A stretch of 64,000 nt of DNA from Roseibacillus sp. (GTDB taxonomy: Bacteria > Verrucomicrobiota > Verrucomicrobiia > Verrucomicrobiales > Akkermansiaceae): NCBI GenBank assembly GCA_965242925.1, contig CBDEUM010000012.1, positions 128,001 to 192,000 on the forward strand, read 5' to 3'. The notes under the pieces are model-generated. The model was not told the DNA's origin. It did no database searches and saw nothing but the letters and a program-made list of their open reading frames with translations. Shown piece by piece: positions 48,541 through 58,869 of this stretch. The translations under genes and the position numbers were made by a program. The stretch's first letter is position 1; every line of letters begins with the position of its first letter.

Positions 48541-50151
48541 ATGACCTCCGACTTTCTAGTCATCGGCAGTGGCGTGGCCGGCCTCTCATTTGCCATCAAG
48601 GCTGCCGAACACGGGTCCGTCACCCTGATCACCAAGAACGACGCTCTCAATTCCAACACCGCCTGGGCTCAGGGTGGAATCTCAGCCGTCCTGCCCGACG
48701 GCCTGTGCGACCGGAATGACAGCATCGAGAAGCACGTGGACGACACCCTCGACGCTGGAGCGGGTCTCTGCAACGAGAAGAACGTACGCACCATCATTGG
48801 CGAGGGCGCACAGACCATCGAGGAACTGGTGGCCTGGGGCACCACCTTCGACAGCGAGGGTAACCGATACTCCCTCGGACGGGAAGGTGGGCACTCCGAG
48901 CGCCGCATCCTCCACTCCAAGGACACCACCGGTCATGAGATCGCTTCCTCTCTTCTGGAAACCGCTCGCAACACTCCCCGCCTCTCCATCCTCGCGGATC
49001 ACATTGCCATTGAACTCATCACCACCGGCAAACTGGGTAGTGTAACCGATGACCGCGTGTTGGGCGTCTATGCCCTTGAAAAGGAAACCGGCGAGGTCCG
49101 TGTCCTTCGCTCCGACCGTGTCGTGCTGGCTACCGGCGGTTGCGGAAAAGTCTACCTCTATACCACCAACCCGGATTCCGCCACTGGCGACGGAGTGGCC
49201 ATGGCCTGGCGCGCAGGCGCTACCATCGCCAACATGGAATTTGTTCAGTTTCATCCCACCTGCTTCTACAATCCTGCCGCCATAGGACCGGAGGCCCGCT
49301 CCTTCCTTGTCTCCGAGGCCTTGCGTGGAGAAGGCGCAACGCTGCTCAACGAGAGGGGTGAGGACTTCACCCTTAACTACGACAAGCGCGGCTCTCTTGC
49401 TCCCCGTGACATTATCGCCCGCGCAATCGATACCGAGATCAAGAAGACCGGGGCTCATTGCGTCTACCTTGATGTCACCCACAAGCCGAAGGGTTTCGTC
49501 GCACAGCGATTCCCTTTCATCTACCAGACTCTCCTCGAATTCGGTCACGATGCCGAGGTGGCCCCCATCCCGGTCGTGCCTGCTGCTCACTATCAATGCG
49601 GTGGCGTGGTTGCCACACCTGACGGCACTACCTCCATTCGTGGTCTGTTTGCCATCGGCGAGGTAGCCTGTACGGGACTGCACGGGGCCAATCGGCTCGC
49701 CTCCAACAGTCTCCTGGAAGGAAACGTCATGGCCCGCCGGGCCCTCGCGAAAATCCTTCACCACTTCCCGCCCGGGAAGGACGCTCCCACCCCCTCTATC
49801 CCCGACTGGGAACACGGGGATACCGCTCCGCCCGATGAATTGGTCAACATCTACCACAACTGGGACGAGATCCGCCGCACCATGTGGGACTACGTCTCCA
49901 TCGTCCGCACGGACAAACGACTCCTCCGGGCCAGTTTCCGCCTCCGGAACCTCGACCGGGAAGTGCGCGAGTTCTACTGGGGATACCGCATCAACGCCGA
50001 CATCCTGGAACTCCGCAACCTCGTGGCAGTGGCCTCACTGATCGTCGACTGCGCTCTCCGTCGCAAGGAGTCGCGCGGCATCCACTTCACCCTCGACTTC
50101 CCCCAACCGAACCAGCAGTACCAACACGATACCATCATGCGGCGATTCTAG
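48541..50151 (+). CDS. nadB: L-aspartate oxidase
   Basis: Motifs GSGVAG, AQGGI, EGGHS.RRI.H, QFHPT, LAPRD, HGANRLASNSLLE, ESRG.H. Confidence 0.97.
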   Translation: MTSDFLVIGSGVAGLSFAIKAAEHGSVTLITKNDALNSNTAWAQGGISAVLPDGLCDRNDSIEKHVDDTLDAGAGLCNEKNVRTIIGEGAQTIEELVAWGTTFDSEGNRYSLGREGGHSERRILHSKDTTGHEIASSLLETARNTPRLSILADHIAIELITTGKLGSVTDDRVLGVYALEKETGEVRVLRSDRVVLATGGCGKVYLYTTNPDSATGDGVAMAWRAGATIANMEFVQFHPTCFYNPAAIGPEARSFLVSEALRGEGATLLNERGEDFTLNYDKRGSLAPRDIIARAIDTEIKKTGAHCVYLDVTHKPKGFVAQRFPFIYQTLLEFGHDAEVAPIPVVPAAHYQCGGVVATPDGTTSIRGLFAIGEVACTGLHGANRLASNSLLEGNVMARRALAKILHHFPPGKDAPTPSIPDWEHGDTAPPDELVNIYHNWDEIRRTMWDYVSIVRTDKRLLRASFRLRNLDREVREFYWGYRINADILELRNLVAVASLIVDCALRRKESRGIHFTLDFPQPNQQYQHDTIMRRF

Positions 50152-50297
50152 GGCCAATCCTCCCGGATCCCCCCTCGCTGGAAAGAGTGGGGATGGAGAA
50201 AAGAGGTTCCCTGTCCATCAGCAGGTCTCCCGCCGGGCGGATGTCCCAAGCCCATCATTGCGTCGCCTTGAATGTTTGCTTTAGTAGGGCCGCCAGC

Positions 50298-52544
50298 ATG
50301 CCTGTTTTCTCCCGCCTGATCCTCCCCGCACTCTTCGCTCTCTGCGGTTCCCTTCGGTCAACCGCCCAGGACGACATCGAAAACGCCATCTCCACCATGC
50401 TGGCCGGGATGAGCCTGGAGGAGAAGGTCGGCCAGATGACCCAGCTCACCCTGGGTGCCCTTTCCAGCGGAGAGGCCAATTCCGGAAATCCGGATGGACA
50501 TCAACTCGATCCCGAAAAACTCCGTCACGCCATCGTGAACAAACACGTGGGCTCCATTCTCAATGTCCACAACATGGCCTTCAGCGCGGAGCACTGGCAC
50601 AAGATTCTGACTCAGATCCAGGACCTGGCTACCAAGGAGACCGGGAACAAAATCCCCATCCTCTATGGAATCGACAGCGTCCATGGAGCAAATTACCTGC
50701 GGGGGGCCACCCTCTTTCCCCATAATCTGGGGCTTGCCGCCACGCGCAACAGGCAACTGGTGGAGCAATGTCACGCCATAACAGCCCGCGAAACCCGCGC
50801 CGCCGGTATTCCCTGGAACTTCGGGCCCTCTCTCGACGTGGGTCGACAACCGCTCTGGTCCCGCTACGTCGAGACCTTTGGCGAAGACGTCCACATTGCC
50901 AGCGTGATGGCCGTTGCCGCGGTGCGCGGCCTGCAGGGCGACTCGCTTTCCTCCCCCCGCTCCGTTGCCGCCACCGCCAAACATTTCCTAGCCTACAGCT
51001 TCCCCGCCAGCGGGCGGGATCGCACTCAATCTCTCCTCCCCGAACGCTACCTCCGCGAGCATTTCCTTCCCCCCTTCATGCACGCGGTGGAACAGAATGT
51101 GCAGGCGATCATGGTGAACTCCAGTGAAGTGAACGGCCTGCCCGTACACGCCAATCACAATGTGCTCACCAAGCTCCTGCGCGGTCAGATGAAGTTCAGG
51201 GGAGTGGTAGTCACTGACTGGGAGGACGTAAGGAAACTTCACAGCCTTCATCGGATCGCGCCCACCATCAAGGAGGCCGTCCGCCTCTCGGTGGAAGCCG
51301 GCATCGACATGTGCATGGCACCGGACGATTTCCACTTCACCGACAACCTGATCGGACTGGTCAGTGAGGGGCTCATCCTGGAAGAAGCGCTCGACACCTC
51401 CGTTCGCCGTATCCTCCGGCTCAAGTTTGCCCTCGGTCTCTTCGAGAATCCCTATCCCGACCCTGCCGCTGCCGGTGAAATCGGCAAGGAGGATGCACAC
51501 GCACTTTCCAGGCAGGCCGCCCGCGAGTCTCTCGTTCTCCTCAAGAATAATGGAGTCCTCCCCCTGTCCAAGGAAAGCAAGATCCTGCTCACCGGACCCG
51601 GTTGCCACTCGTTGTCCGCCCTCCATGGAGCCTGGTCCTACACCTGGCAGGGGACAGATGAGACGGCCTACCCGGAGACCCTTGACACCGTCCTGGAAGC
51701 CTTCAATGCCCACCACGGTCGGGACAACGTCCTCTGGGCGCGGGGAGCGCAGTGGGATGGATCCACTGACTTCGATTACGCTCTGCGCAAGGCACGGAAT
51801 GCCGATGTCATCGTGTGCGTCCTGGCGGAGAAACCCAGCACTGAAACCCCCGGGAACATCAACGACCTGGCCATGCCCGAAAACCAGTTGCGCCTGGTAA
51901 GACGCCTCGCCACCGGAAAGCCCCTTGTCCTTGTTCTCCTGGAAAATCGCCCCCGCCTCATCACCAGGGTCGCAGGCCTTTGCCATGCCATCATCTATGC
52001 CGGGCAGCCGGGGCCCCACGGTGGCGGCGCGCTCTACGAATTACTGACCGGACAGTTCAATCCCTCGGGACGGCTTCCTTTCACTTACCCCCGCGATCCA
52101 CACAACCTCCTCCCTTACGATCACAAGCACAGTGACAGTGTTGGTCCGGACGGGGACACCCCCGGATTCAATCCTCTCTACGAATTCGGACACGGACTGA
52201 GCTACACGACCTTCAAATACGACAAACTTGAGATAGCACCCGGACCTCTCACCCAAGTCGACAGTCTCAATCTGTCAGTGGAGGTCACCAATACCGGCCC
52301 ACGCAAGGGAACGGAAACCGTCCACGTTTTTGTCCGTGACCTGTTTGCTGAGATCGTTCCCCCGGTCAAACGCCTCCGGGCTTTCAGCCAAATCGAACTC
52401 TCACCCGGTGAAACCAAGACCGTCACCTTTGACATCCCCGCCATCGATCTCGCCTATTTCGGTCCGAAAAACTATCCCATTCTGGAACCCGGGGAGTTTG
52501 AGGTGATGATCGCCGACCAGAAGGCCACCGTCACCGTGCAGTAG
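50298..52544 (+). CDS. Secreted glycoside hydrolase family 3 (BglX-like beta-glucosidase)
   Basis: Motifs EKVGQM, DSVHG, KHF, VTDW (nucleophile), LLKN, GRLP.T, FGHGLSYT and a C-terminal Fn3-like domain. Confidence 0.95.
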   Translation: MPVFSRLILPALFALCGSLRSTAQDDIENAISTMLAGMSLEEKVGQMTQLTLGALSSGEANSGNPDGHQLDPEKLRHAIVNKHVGSILNVHNMAFSAEHWHKILTQIQDLATKETGNKIPILYGIDSVHGANYLRGATLFPHNLGLAATRNRQLVEQCHAITARETRAAGIPWNFGPSLDVGRQPLWSRYVETFGEDVHIASVMAVAAVRGLQGDSLSSPRSVAATAKHFLAYSFPASGRDRTQSLLPERYLREHFLPPFMHAVEQNVQAIMVNSSEVNGLPVHANHNVLTKLLRGQMKFRGVVVTDWEDVRKLHSLHRIAPTIKEAVRLSVEAGIDMCMAPDDFHFTDNLIGLVSEGLILEEALDTSVRRILRLKFALGLFENPYPDPAAAGEIGKEDAHALSRQAARESLVLLKNNGVLPLSKESKILLTGPGCHSLSALHGAWSYTWQGTDETAYPETLDTVLEAFNAHHGRDNVLWARGAQWDGSTDFDYALRKARNADVIVCVLAEKPSTETPGNINDLAMPENQLRLVRRLATGKPLVLVLLENRPRLITRVAGLCHAIIYAGQPGPHGGGALYELLTGQFNPSGRLPFTYPRDPHNLLPYDHKHSDSVGPDGDTPGFNPLYEFGHGLSYTTFKYDKLEIAPGPLTQVDSLNLSVEVTNTGPRKGTETVHVFVRDLFAEIVPPVKRLRAFSQIELSPGETKTVTFDIPAIDLAYFGPKNYPILEPGEFEVMIADQKATVTVQ

Positions 52545-52605
52545 GGCTCCGGAAGAGCAGAGGGAGCCATTGACCCCTATGCTACGGTATCCCTAACACC
52601 ATCCT

Positions 52606-53418
52606 GTGTCCCGTCTTCTCCTCATCGCCATCCTGATGCCGCTCTGGGCCTCCCTTCCCGTCCCGGCCCAGGAAGGGCCATTGGTCACCTCTCCCACCAA
52701 GGCCCCGCCCAATCCCTATCAGTACCGCAAGACCGTTTACCCGTGGCGCCGGAATATCACCGCCACCATCTTCTGGATCGGTGAAAAACCAAGCGGACAA
52801 AATACCACTTCCAATCACCACTCCTCCTGGGACGGCAAGTGGGCCAAGAACTACGGCGGATACGACGACCCGGATCCAAAGGCACGGCAAAACTTTGCCC
52901 CCAGGGCCTTCCGCCCCGGTCTCAATCCGTTCTACGTGGCTCTCCCCTACAACGACTGTCTCAACCACCGTCGGCACCGCCCCGAAGCCTCCCGGGTAAT
53001 CCCCTGGTTCTCTCGCTACAATCCACCACCGGGTGAGAGCATCTGCAAGGGCCGTTGGATCCAGCTCTACTACCGTGGCAAGATCTGCTACGCCCAGTGG
53101 GAAGACTGCGGGCCCTGGGTCACCGACGACTGGAAATACGTCTTCGGTGGGCAACCCCCACACAACAACAGGGCCGGCATTGATGTCTCCCCCTCCGTCC
53201 GCGACTACCTCGGCCTGAAGTCCGGCGAGAAATTGCACTGGCGATTCGTGGAGTTCGGCGGGGTTCCCCGAGGACCGTGGTCATGGTATGGATCCAACAA
53301 CCCCTTCGTCGACCCGGAGGTCGATCCCGACGTGGCAGTGGTACGCCGACTTTACCGGTATCTTGAGCAGAAGAAACTGGAAGAGTTCCGCAGGAAGAAC
53401 AATCAGCTGCCACGGTAG
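52606..53418 (+). CDS. Secreted hypothetical protein with double-psi beta-barrel (RlpA-like) motifs
   Basis: Signal peptide; motifs YVALPYND, WIQL, AQWEDCGP, IDVSP.V..YLG. Confidence 0.6.
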   Translation: MSRLLLIAILMPLWASLPVPAQEGPLVTSPTKAPPNPYQYRKTVYPWRRNITATIFWIGEKPSGQNTTSNHHSSWDGKWAKNYGGYDDPDPKARQNFAPRAFRPGLNPFYVALPYNDCLNHRRHRPEASRVIPWFSRYNPPPGESICKGRWIQLYYRGKICYAQWEDCGPWVTDDWKYVFGGQPPHNNRAGIDVSPSVRDYLGLKSGEKLHWRFVEFGGVPRGPWSWYGSNNPFVDPEVDPDVAVVRRLYRYLEQKKLEEFRRKNNQLPR

Positions 53419-53489
53419 AAATTCCGCGCTCCCTTTTTACGCAACGACGCATGGGGGATGTCCCCGGTGCCACCAGAGCACTGCCAATC

Positions 53490-54773
53490 TCACGCGCGCT
53501 CCAACAGGTTGCGAAGGTGCAGGATAATACGCGCCGTCGCGCCGCGATGTTGTTCGAGCACTGCCGTGGCCCTGGAGGTGAGCGTCCGCCGGTATTGTGC
53601 CGACTCCAGAACAGCGCGCAGGCCCTTCGGAAGATCCGATTTGGAGACACTCTCGACAGCCGATTCGGCGCGAAGCTCCGTGATGAGCGGCTCAAAGTTC
53701 TCCATGTGCGGACCACAGACTACCGGAGTGCCGACTGCGATCGCCTCGACCGGATTCTGTCCTCCCCGACTCAGGAAACTCTTACCGATGACCACCACGT
53801 CCGCATGAGCGGTCCAGTCCAGCAACTCACCGGTGGAATCCACCACCAAGACTGCCTTCTCAAGTTTACCCGGACCCTTGAAGCAGCTCCGCAGAACCAC
53901 TTCGAAACCGGCAGCTTCCAGATCAGCTCGAACTGTATGTCGGCGCTCGGCGTGCCGCGGAAGAATCACCGCCAACCCTCCCGGAACCTGTCTCACGGCC
54001 TCAGCAATCAGGCGTTCTTCACCGGCGTGACTACTGGCGACCACAACAACCGGACGCCCCGGACCGAAGGCATCTATCATCTCCTGGAACTCAACCCGTT
54101 TGACCGGGCATTCCAATCCTTCCAGATCAAACTTGAGACTGCCTGTCACCACCAGTGCCTCGGGCAGGACGCCTATGTTCGACCATCTCTCTGCATGCTC
54201 GGCCACCTGCGCGCACACCAACTTCAATTGACCGAACAGGGATGCGGTGATTACCCGGAAGCACTCGTAGCGGCGGGCCGATCGTGGCGACAGGCGGGCA
54301 TTCACGAGAGCTGTCGGAATTCCCCGGCGGTTGGCGACATGCAGGAGGTTGGGCCAGAGTTCGGAGTCTATCAGCACAATCAGCGCCGGTTCAAAGCGGT
54401 TGAAGATGTGGCGGATGATCGGGGAAAGATCGAGTGGACTGTAAATCACCCGCACCCCATCGGGAGCTTCCGTCTCCGCCAGTTGAAATCCCGTGGAGGT
54501 CGTGACCGCGATCACGAATTGCTCCTCCGGATGTAGCTTCAGCCACTCTGCAACCAGGCGAAGCGCCATCCTGACCTCACCAACACTGACGGCATGGACA
54601 TAAATCGCACCGACCGGCTCAAATTCAGCGGGACGCTGGAACATCCCCAGTCGCTGAAGAAGCCGCGTATCGAGTCCGCCCCGCCGGGCCATTCTGAGCA
54701 GCCATGCTGGCGCAGCGAGAAGCAGAAACAGGGGAAGCAGCCAGTTGTAGAGTAACCGCACCGCCATGTTCAT
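53490..54773 (-). CDS. waaA: 3-deoxy-D-manno-octulosonic acid transferase
   Basis: Motifs HAVSVGE, ELWPN, NARLS, G.LKFD, PRH.ER, GGQNP.E, GPHMENF. Confidence 0.96.
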   Translation of the reverse strand: MNMAVRLLYNWLLPLFLLLAAPAWLLRMARRGGLDTRLLQRLGMFQRPAEFEPVGAIYVHAVSVGEVRMALRLVAEWLKLHPEEQFVIAVTTSTGFQLAETEAPDGVRVIYSPLDLSPIIRHIFNRFEPALIVLIDSELWPNLLHVANRRGIPTALVNARLSPRSARRYECFRVITASLFGQLKLVCAQVAEHAERWSNIGVLPEALVVTGSLKFDLEGLECPVKRVEFQEMIDAFGPGRPVVVVASSHAGEERLIAEAVRQVPGGLAVILPRHAERRHTVRADLEAAGFEVVLRSCFKGPGKLEKAVLVVDSTGELLDWTAHADVVVIGKSFLSRGGQNPVEAIAVGTPVVCGPHMENFEPLITELRAESAVESVSKSDLPKGLRAVLESAQYRRTLTSRATAVLEQHRGATARIILHLRNLLERA

Positions 54774-54784
54774 GGGCGGGAAAC

Positions 54785-55342
54785 CTATCGGGACTCCTCC
54801 CGAGCGTAAAACAGAATCGCGCTGCTCCCGTACTGCCGCCGGTCGATCATCTTCCACCCGGGCGCGGCTGGTTCCTCCCCCTCTGCTTCCACCTCCAGCA
54901 CAACCAGACCACCGTCTGACAATCGTGACGGAAGGGCCGCATCTTTCATGAGAGCCCCGGCCAGGTCGTAATCCGCGCTGGCCGCATAGGGTGGATCCGC
55001 CAGGATAAGATCAAACACCGCGGAGCAACTCCCCAGATAGGCGAAGACATCGCGCTGATGCACCGTACCCTGCCCTGCAAGTCGCGCCTTCCCCAGGTTT
55101 TCCCTGAGGATCCTACCGGCCGCTCCGCTTGCTTCCACGAAGACGGCTTCCTTCGCCCCCCGGCTCAGAGCCTCGATTCCCAGCGCTCCGGAACCCGCAA
55201 AGAGATCCAGGACCCGCGCGTCTTCCAGACGGACCTGCAGAATTGAAAAGAGGGCTTCCCGGAGCCGATCCGTGCTGGGCCGGGTCCCCCGAGCCGGCAC
55301 CTTCAAGCGCATTCCCCGTGCTATGCCTGCAATCACTCTCAT
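54785..55342 (-). CDS. rsmD: 16S rRNA m2G966 methyltransferase
   Basis: Motifs MRVIAG, RP.TDR.REALF, LDLFAGSGALG.EALSRGA, DPPY, YG. Confidence 0.96.
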   Translation of the reverse strand: MRVIAGIARGMRLKVPARGTRPSTDRLREALFSILQVRLEDARVLDLFAGSGALGIEALSRGAKEAVFVEASGAAGRILRENLGKARLAGQGTVHQRDVFAYLGSCSAVFDLILADPPYAASADYDLAGALMKDAALPSRLSDGGLVVLEVEAEGEEPAAPGWKMIDRRQYGSSAILFYAREESR

Positions 55343-56832
55343 TGGGAAAGGAACTGGTCCTGATGACTGGGCGCAACATCCCGCTTAGTTTCTTCCGTCT
55401 CGTTCTTCAAAAAAGCCATCATCCGGTTCCATGCCTGGGACACCTCCATATCCTCGCCTTTCCGTCCCACGTCAACCACCGCCCGGTCCAGCGTTCCCTG
55501 CAGCTGAAAATCACGATAGTGACGATCGGATGTGACGAGCGGCGCCAACCAGGAGCGCGTCCAACCGCCGGTCAACATTGCCCCCACTGCGAATCGCGTG
55601 ATGGTCGCGGCACGGTCCTGATCAGCCACCACGCGCAGCACTCCCCGAACCCGGCCATCCGGAACGATCATTCCATTACCGAGAAAAGAAAGTTGCTCGC
55701 TGTGGAGTCGACCGTCAATGACCTGAAAGGTTCCTCCCCGCATGCTGGCAGTCAGTTTCCCGTGCTCAAACTCCACCTTGTCACCCCACACCGCATGAGT
55801 CAGACCGAGACCGGACGCCTCCAGCTCAAGGTTTCCTCGCCAGCTATTGAGAGAGGTCAGGGTCCCTCCCAGGCTTCCCTGCATATGAACGCGTCCAGCC
55901 TCCACTCCCATCTCAGACCACGGAGCCATCGGCACACTATTCATCCGCATCGGCCCGACCGGCACTTCAATTTTCACCAGGAAACGGGGCGTCCCCCTCA
56001 TTCGGATTGAACCTTCGCTACGAACGGACAGGCCTTCCCAGTCGTACTCGGTCGGTGCCAACCGAAGAAAGGGACGGTGCCATTCGATCCGATTGCGCCA
56101 GGCACCGCTCAGGACCCGGCCTCCGAGAGTGAGCCCATCGCATTCGATCCAGCCCGGAGCATCCTCTCCCTGCAGAGGCACCTTTCCCCGGAGGTTATGC
56201 AGAACAAACCCGCCTTTGCCCTTACCTTTACTGGAGTAAACGCCTATCTCACAGCGATCCAGGATGACCATGGACCGACGACCCGCAGGGGGACGACCCC
56301 GCTCCGGGGCCCTGACAGGCTGACTCCCCGATTTCTTCCCTCCCGGCTTCGGACCGGTCTCACTTTTCTCTCCTCCCGGTGCCGGGAGCGGCTCCGGAGA
56401 AGCAGTGGTTTCCTTCCCCGGCGTCTCCCCCCCGGGCAGGAGAGCCAGCAGTTCCATGGGAATGGCAATCGTTCCCCGTCGTATCCGAATCTCGCGCAGC
56501 TCAAGTTCTCCCTTCGGGAGAGCATCCCAGTAAACCTGCACGTCAACATCGGCCCGGCAGAGCGCCCGAACCGTCATGCCGATCTCCTGATTGCGGATCT
56601 CCGCGGTAACATCCCGTATCTGAATTCCCGTCCACGGTGTCCAGGAAAGAGATCCTATGTTCCATTCGAAATCCGATCGGCGTTCCAGTTTGTGCTCGAA
56701 CCAATTTCGGACCACGCGTGTCTGCAGCATCAGATTGGAGACAATGAGCAAACCGAGCGAAAGCACCGACAAGGGCACCAGAAACCAACGGATGATCACA
56801 ATGCCCGCAGATGTTTTCTCGCGCGCCTTCAA
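55339..56832 (-). CDS. Membrane-anchored beta-rich protein, AsmA-like
   Basis: N-terminal transmembrane helix, long beta-strand pattern and a C-terminal F.L.GTL motif; 4-bp overlap with rsmD. Confidence 0.55.
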   Translation of the reverse strand: MKAREKTSAGIVIIRWFLVPLSVLSLGLLIVSNLMLQTRVVRNWFEHKLERRSDFEWNIGSLSWTPWTGIQIRDVTAEIRNQEIGMTVRALCRADVDVQVYWDALPKGELELREIRIRRGTIAIPMELLALLPGGETPGKETTASPEPLPAPGGEKSETGPKPGGKKSGSQPVRAPERGRPPAGRRSMVILDRCEIGVYSSKGKGKGGFVLHNLRGKVPLQGEDAPGWIECDGLTLGGRVLSGAWRNRIEWHRPFLRLAPTEYDWEGLSVRSEGSIRMRGTPRFLVKIEVPVGPMRMNSVPMAPWSEMGVEAGRVHMQGSLGGTLTSLNSWRGNLELEASGLGLTHAVWGDKVEFEHGKLTASMRGGTFQVIDGRLHSEQLSFLGNGMIVPDGRVRGVLRVVADQDRAATITRFAVGAMLTGGWTRSWLAPLVTSDRHYRDFQLQGTLDRAVVDVGRKGEDMEVSQAWNRMMAFLKNETEETKRDVAPSHQDQFLSQ

Positions 56833-56845
56833 AAGGGGTGAGGCG

Positions 56846-57562
56846 CTATTTGCCGGGCATGGGGAACCTGATCACCATGCTCCGGTCAAAGAGGATTCTG
56901 CCCGAGGGGGAAGTCGACTGCAGCCGGTAGACCAGAAGCCCCCACCGGGTTGCCACCAGTGTCCCGATCCCGAAATTCTCCTTGGTCTTTCCCAGGCTGT
57001 CCTCCTCCTGAAACCTCCACTCGTGTCCCGTCCACTTACCCAGAATGCTGCGGGGATCCGCATCAATGTCCTTAAGGCGGACGAGCTCTCCATTGGGTGA
57101 TTTGACCACGTCCTTCCCCTCCTGGTAGCGCAACAGGGAAATAGATGCGCCCCTTCCTGACACCCGGACCATCCACTCCCCCTTTTTCGTCTGCTCCAGC
57201 CGCACCACCACGTTTCCGTCCTTCAATGGAACCAGCTTCCGCTCATCCCACAACCTGTTATAGGTATCGTAATCCTCCTTGGTGAGCCCGAGCTTCTCGT
57301 GGAAAGGCAACGGAACACCGGGTCTGGCATTCTTGGAGTAGGTCTTGAACCACTCCGGGTCTGCCTGCGCAGCCTTCTCGACCTTCCTCACATACCCGTT
57401 GATTTCCTTGGGAGGTTCCACCACCACCACCTGTCCACGCGCAGCCACCCCGGGGGTCAGATACTTCCCGAGAACTACGGGAACCTTCTGGCCGATCGCT
57501 CCCTGGGAGAGGATCACAAGAACGCTGCATACCATGCCCACTGACTGGATGATTTTTTTCAT
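56846..57562 (-). CDS. Hypothetical exported protein
   Basis: Signal peptide MKKIIQSVGMVCSVLVILSQGAIG; co-oriented with its neighbours. Confidence 0.75.
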   Translation of the reverse strand: MKKIIQSVGMVCSVLVILSQGAIGQKVPVVLGKYLTPGVAARGQVVVVEPPKEINGYVRKVEKAAQADPEWFKTYSKNARPGVPLPFHEKLGLTKEDYDTYNRLWDERKLVPLKDGNVVVRLEQTKKGEWMVRVSGRGASISLLRYQEGKDVVKSPNGELVRLKDIDADPRSILGKWTGHEWRFQEEDSLGKTKENFGIGTLVATRWGLLVYRLQSTSPSGRILFDRSMVIRFPMPGK

Positions 57563-57674
57563 TTCAAGGCGGGGTCAGGAGTCCGCCGGAGGATGGCACT
57601 ACGAGTACCCTCCTGCCAGCATGGCAACTCCTTACCACCACTGAGTCACCCCCGCAACCAGACTGATCGCAAAC

Positions 57675-58748
57675 TCAGGGTTGGACCGCGGATTCGCTCT
57701 CTTCGATTTGGATCCAGGAGCTTGCCAGCACCTTCTCCACCAGCACCGAGCGCCGGGATCCTGTGTCCGGAAGGAACCGCAGGCGCAGGCGCAATGGGAG
57801 TTGTCCCTTCCTGTTCCCCAGCAAAGCGGTCAATCCACGCCCGTGCGCGCTCCCTTTCTCAATGTATCCAAAAAGGAACTCATCCTCGTCCCGAAAGGTG
57901 AGTTTCAGGGACTGGTAGCGTTCCTTGTCCGAAAATTCGTATCCGTAGAACGTATCCAGTGCCGCATTAACCCGAAAGTCCATCGCCTCGGTCGGCTTTT
58001 TCTCCAGGTAGTCCGAGATTGCCATCGGCTGATAGCTCACTTCCGATTCCCAATCAAAACGCAGTTCTCCGTCCGCACAATCCTCCACGAGCAGCAACCG
58101 TGCATCTGATTTCCCTTCGACCATCCCATCGATCACGAAAAACGGATAGTTCTCCACTTGGGTCGGCTTGATATCCCCGACCGCCTCAAAGCGGGCACTT
58201 GTCAGTTCGTGACGCCGGTAATACTCCCTCATGAGCGGCAGAACCCGTGCCCGATGCCTTACATACCTTGATTTCTCCTCCACCGAGGTGGCAGCCAGAT
58301 ACTTCCTGGTCACCTGCTCTACCCTCTCCAGGAGTTTTTCAGCATCCCCGTCTTGCTTCATCCTCACCTCCTCCTTGACCACGTTCTTCTCGGTCACCGC
58401 CTTCTCTCCTCTTATCAACATGAATAATCCCCCCAGTCCCATTACGAGAAGCAGCACTCCGATCAGGACCAGCCACCCCATCGGCGTGGTTTTCTCCGAT
58501 TCTCTTTCATCAAAGTCCCAGGCAACCCCGAGTTCTTCGGCCGCCGCCTCCGGATCGGCCTCCATCTCTTCCATGGGCTTCAGTTCCCGGTCCACTTGCA
58601 TGCGAACCTTCTCCTCCCCCATCAGGGATAGCGGCGTATCAAGCTGTTGCCCCGGACCGCTCTCGGGCCCGGGCAATCGGACTACTTCCTGATCGGGAGC
58701 AGGCGTACCTTCCTGCTCTCCTCCACTGGGTCGACGCTGGTTCGCCAT
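57675..58748 (-). CDS. Hypothetical bitopic membrane protein
   Basis: Acidic N-terminus, a single transmembrane helix (WLVLIGVLLLVMGLGGLFMLI) and a globular domain containing FDWES..YQ. Confidence 0.75.
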   Translation of the reverse strand: MANQRRPSGGEQEGTPAPDQEVVRLPGPESGPGQQLDTPLSLMGEEKVRMQVDRELKPMEEMEADPEAAAEELGVAWDFDERESEKTTPMGWLVLIGVLLLVMGLGGLFMLIRGEKAVTEKNVVKEEVRMKQDGDAEKLLERVEQVTRKYLAATSVEEKSRYVRHRARVLPLMREYYRRHELTSARFEAVGDIKPTQVENYPFFVIDGMVEGKSDARLLLVEDCADGELRFDWESEVSYQPMAISDYLEKKPTEAMDFRVNAALDTFYGYEFSDKERYQSLKLTFRDEDEFLFGYIEKGSAHGRGLTALLGNRKGQLPLRLRLRFLPDTGSRRSVLVEKVLASSWIQIEESESAVQP

Positions 58749-58869
58749 CGCAGGAACCCAATGTGCTCCAAAAACCCTCCGCTGGCAACCCTAGACCCTG
58801 CCTGCGAACCTCGTAAATATATGCAACATCACTGGTCGGATCCCCTGCCATACCCTACAACCCGCTCTC

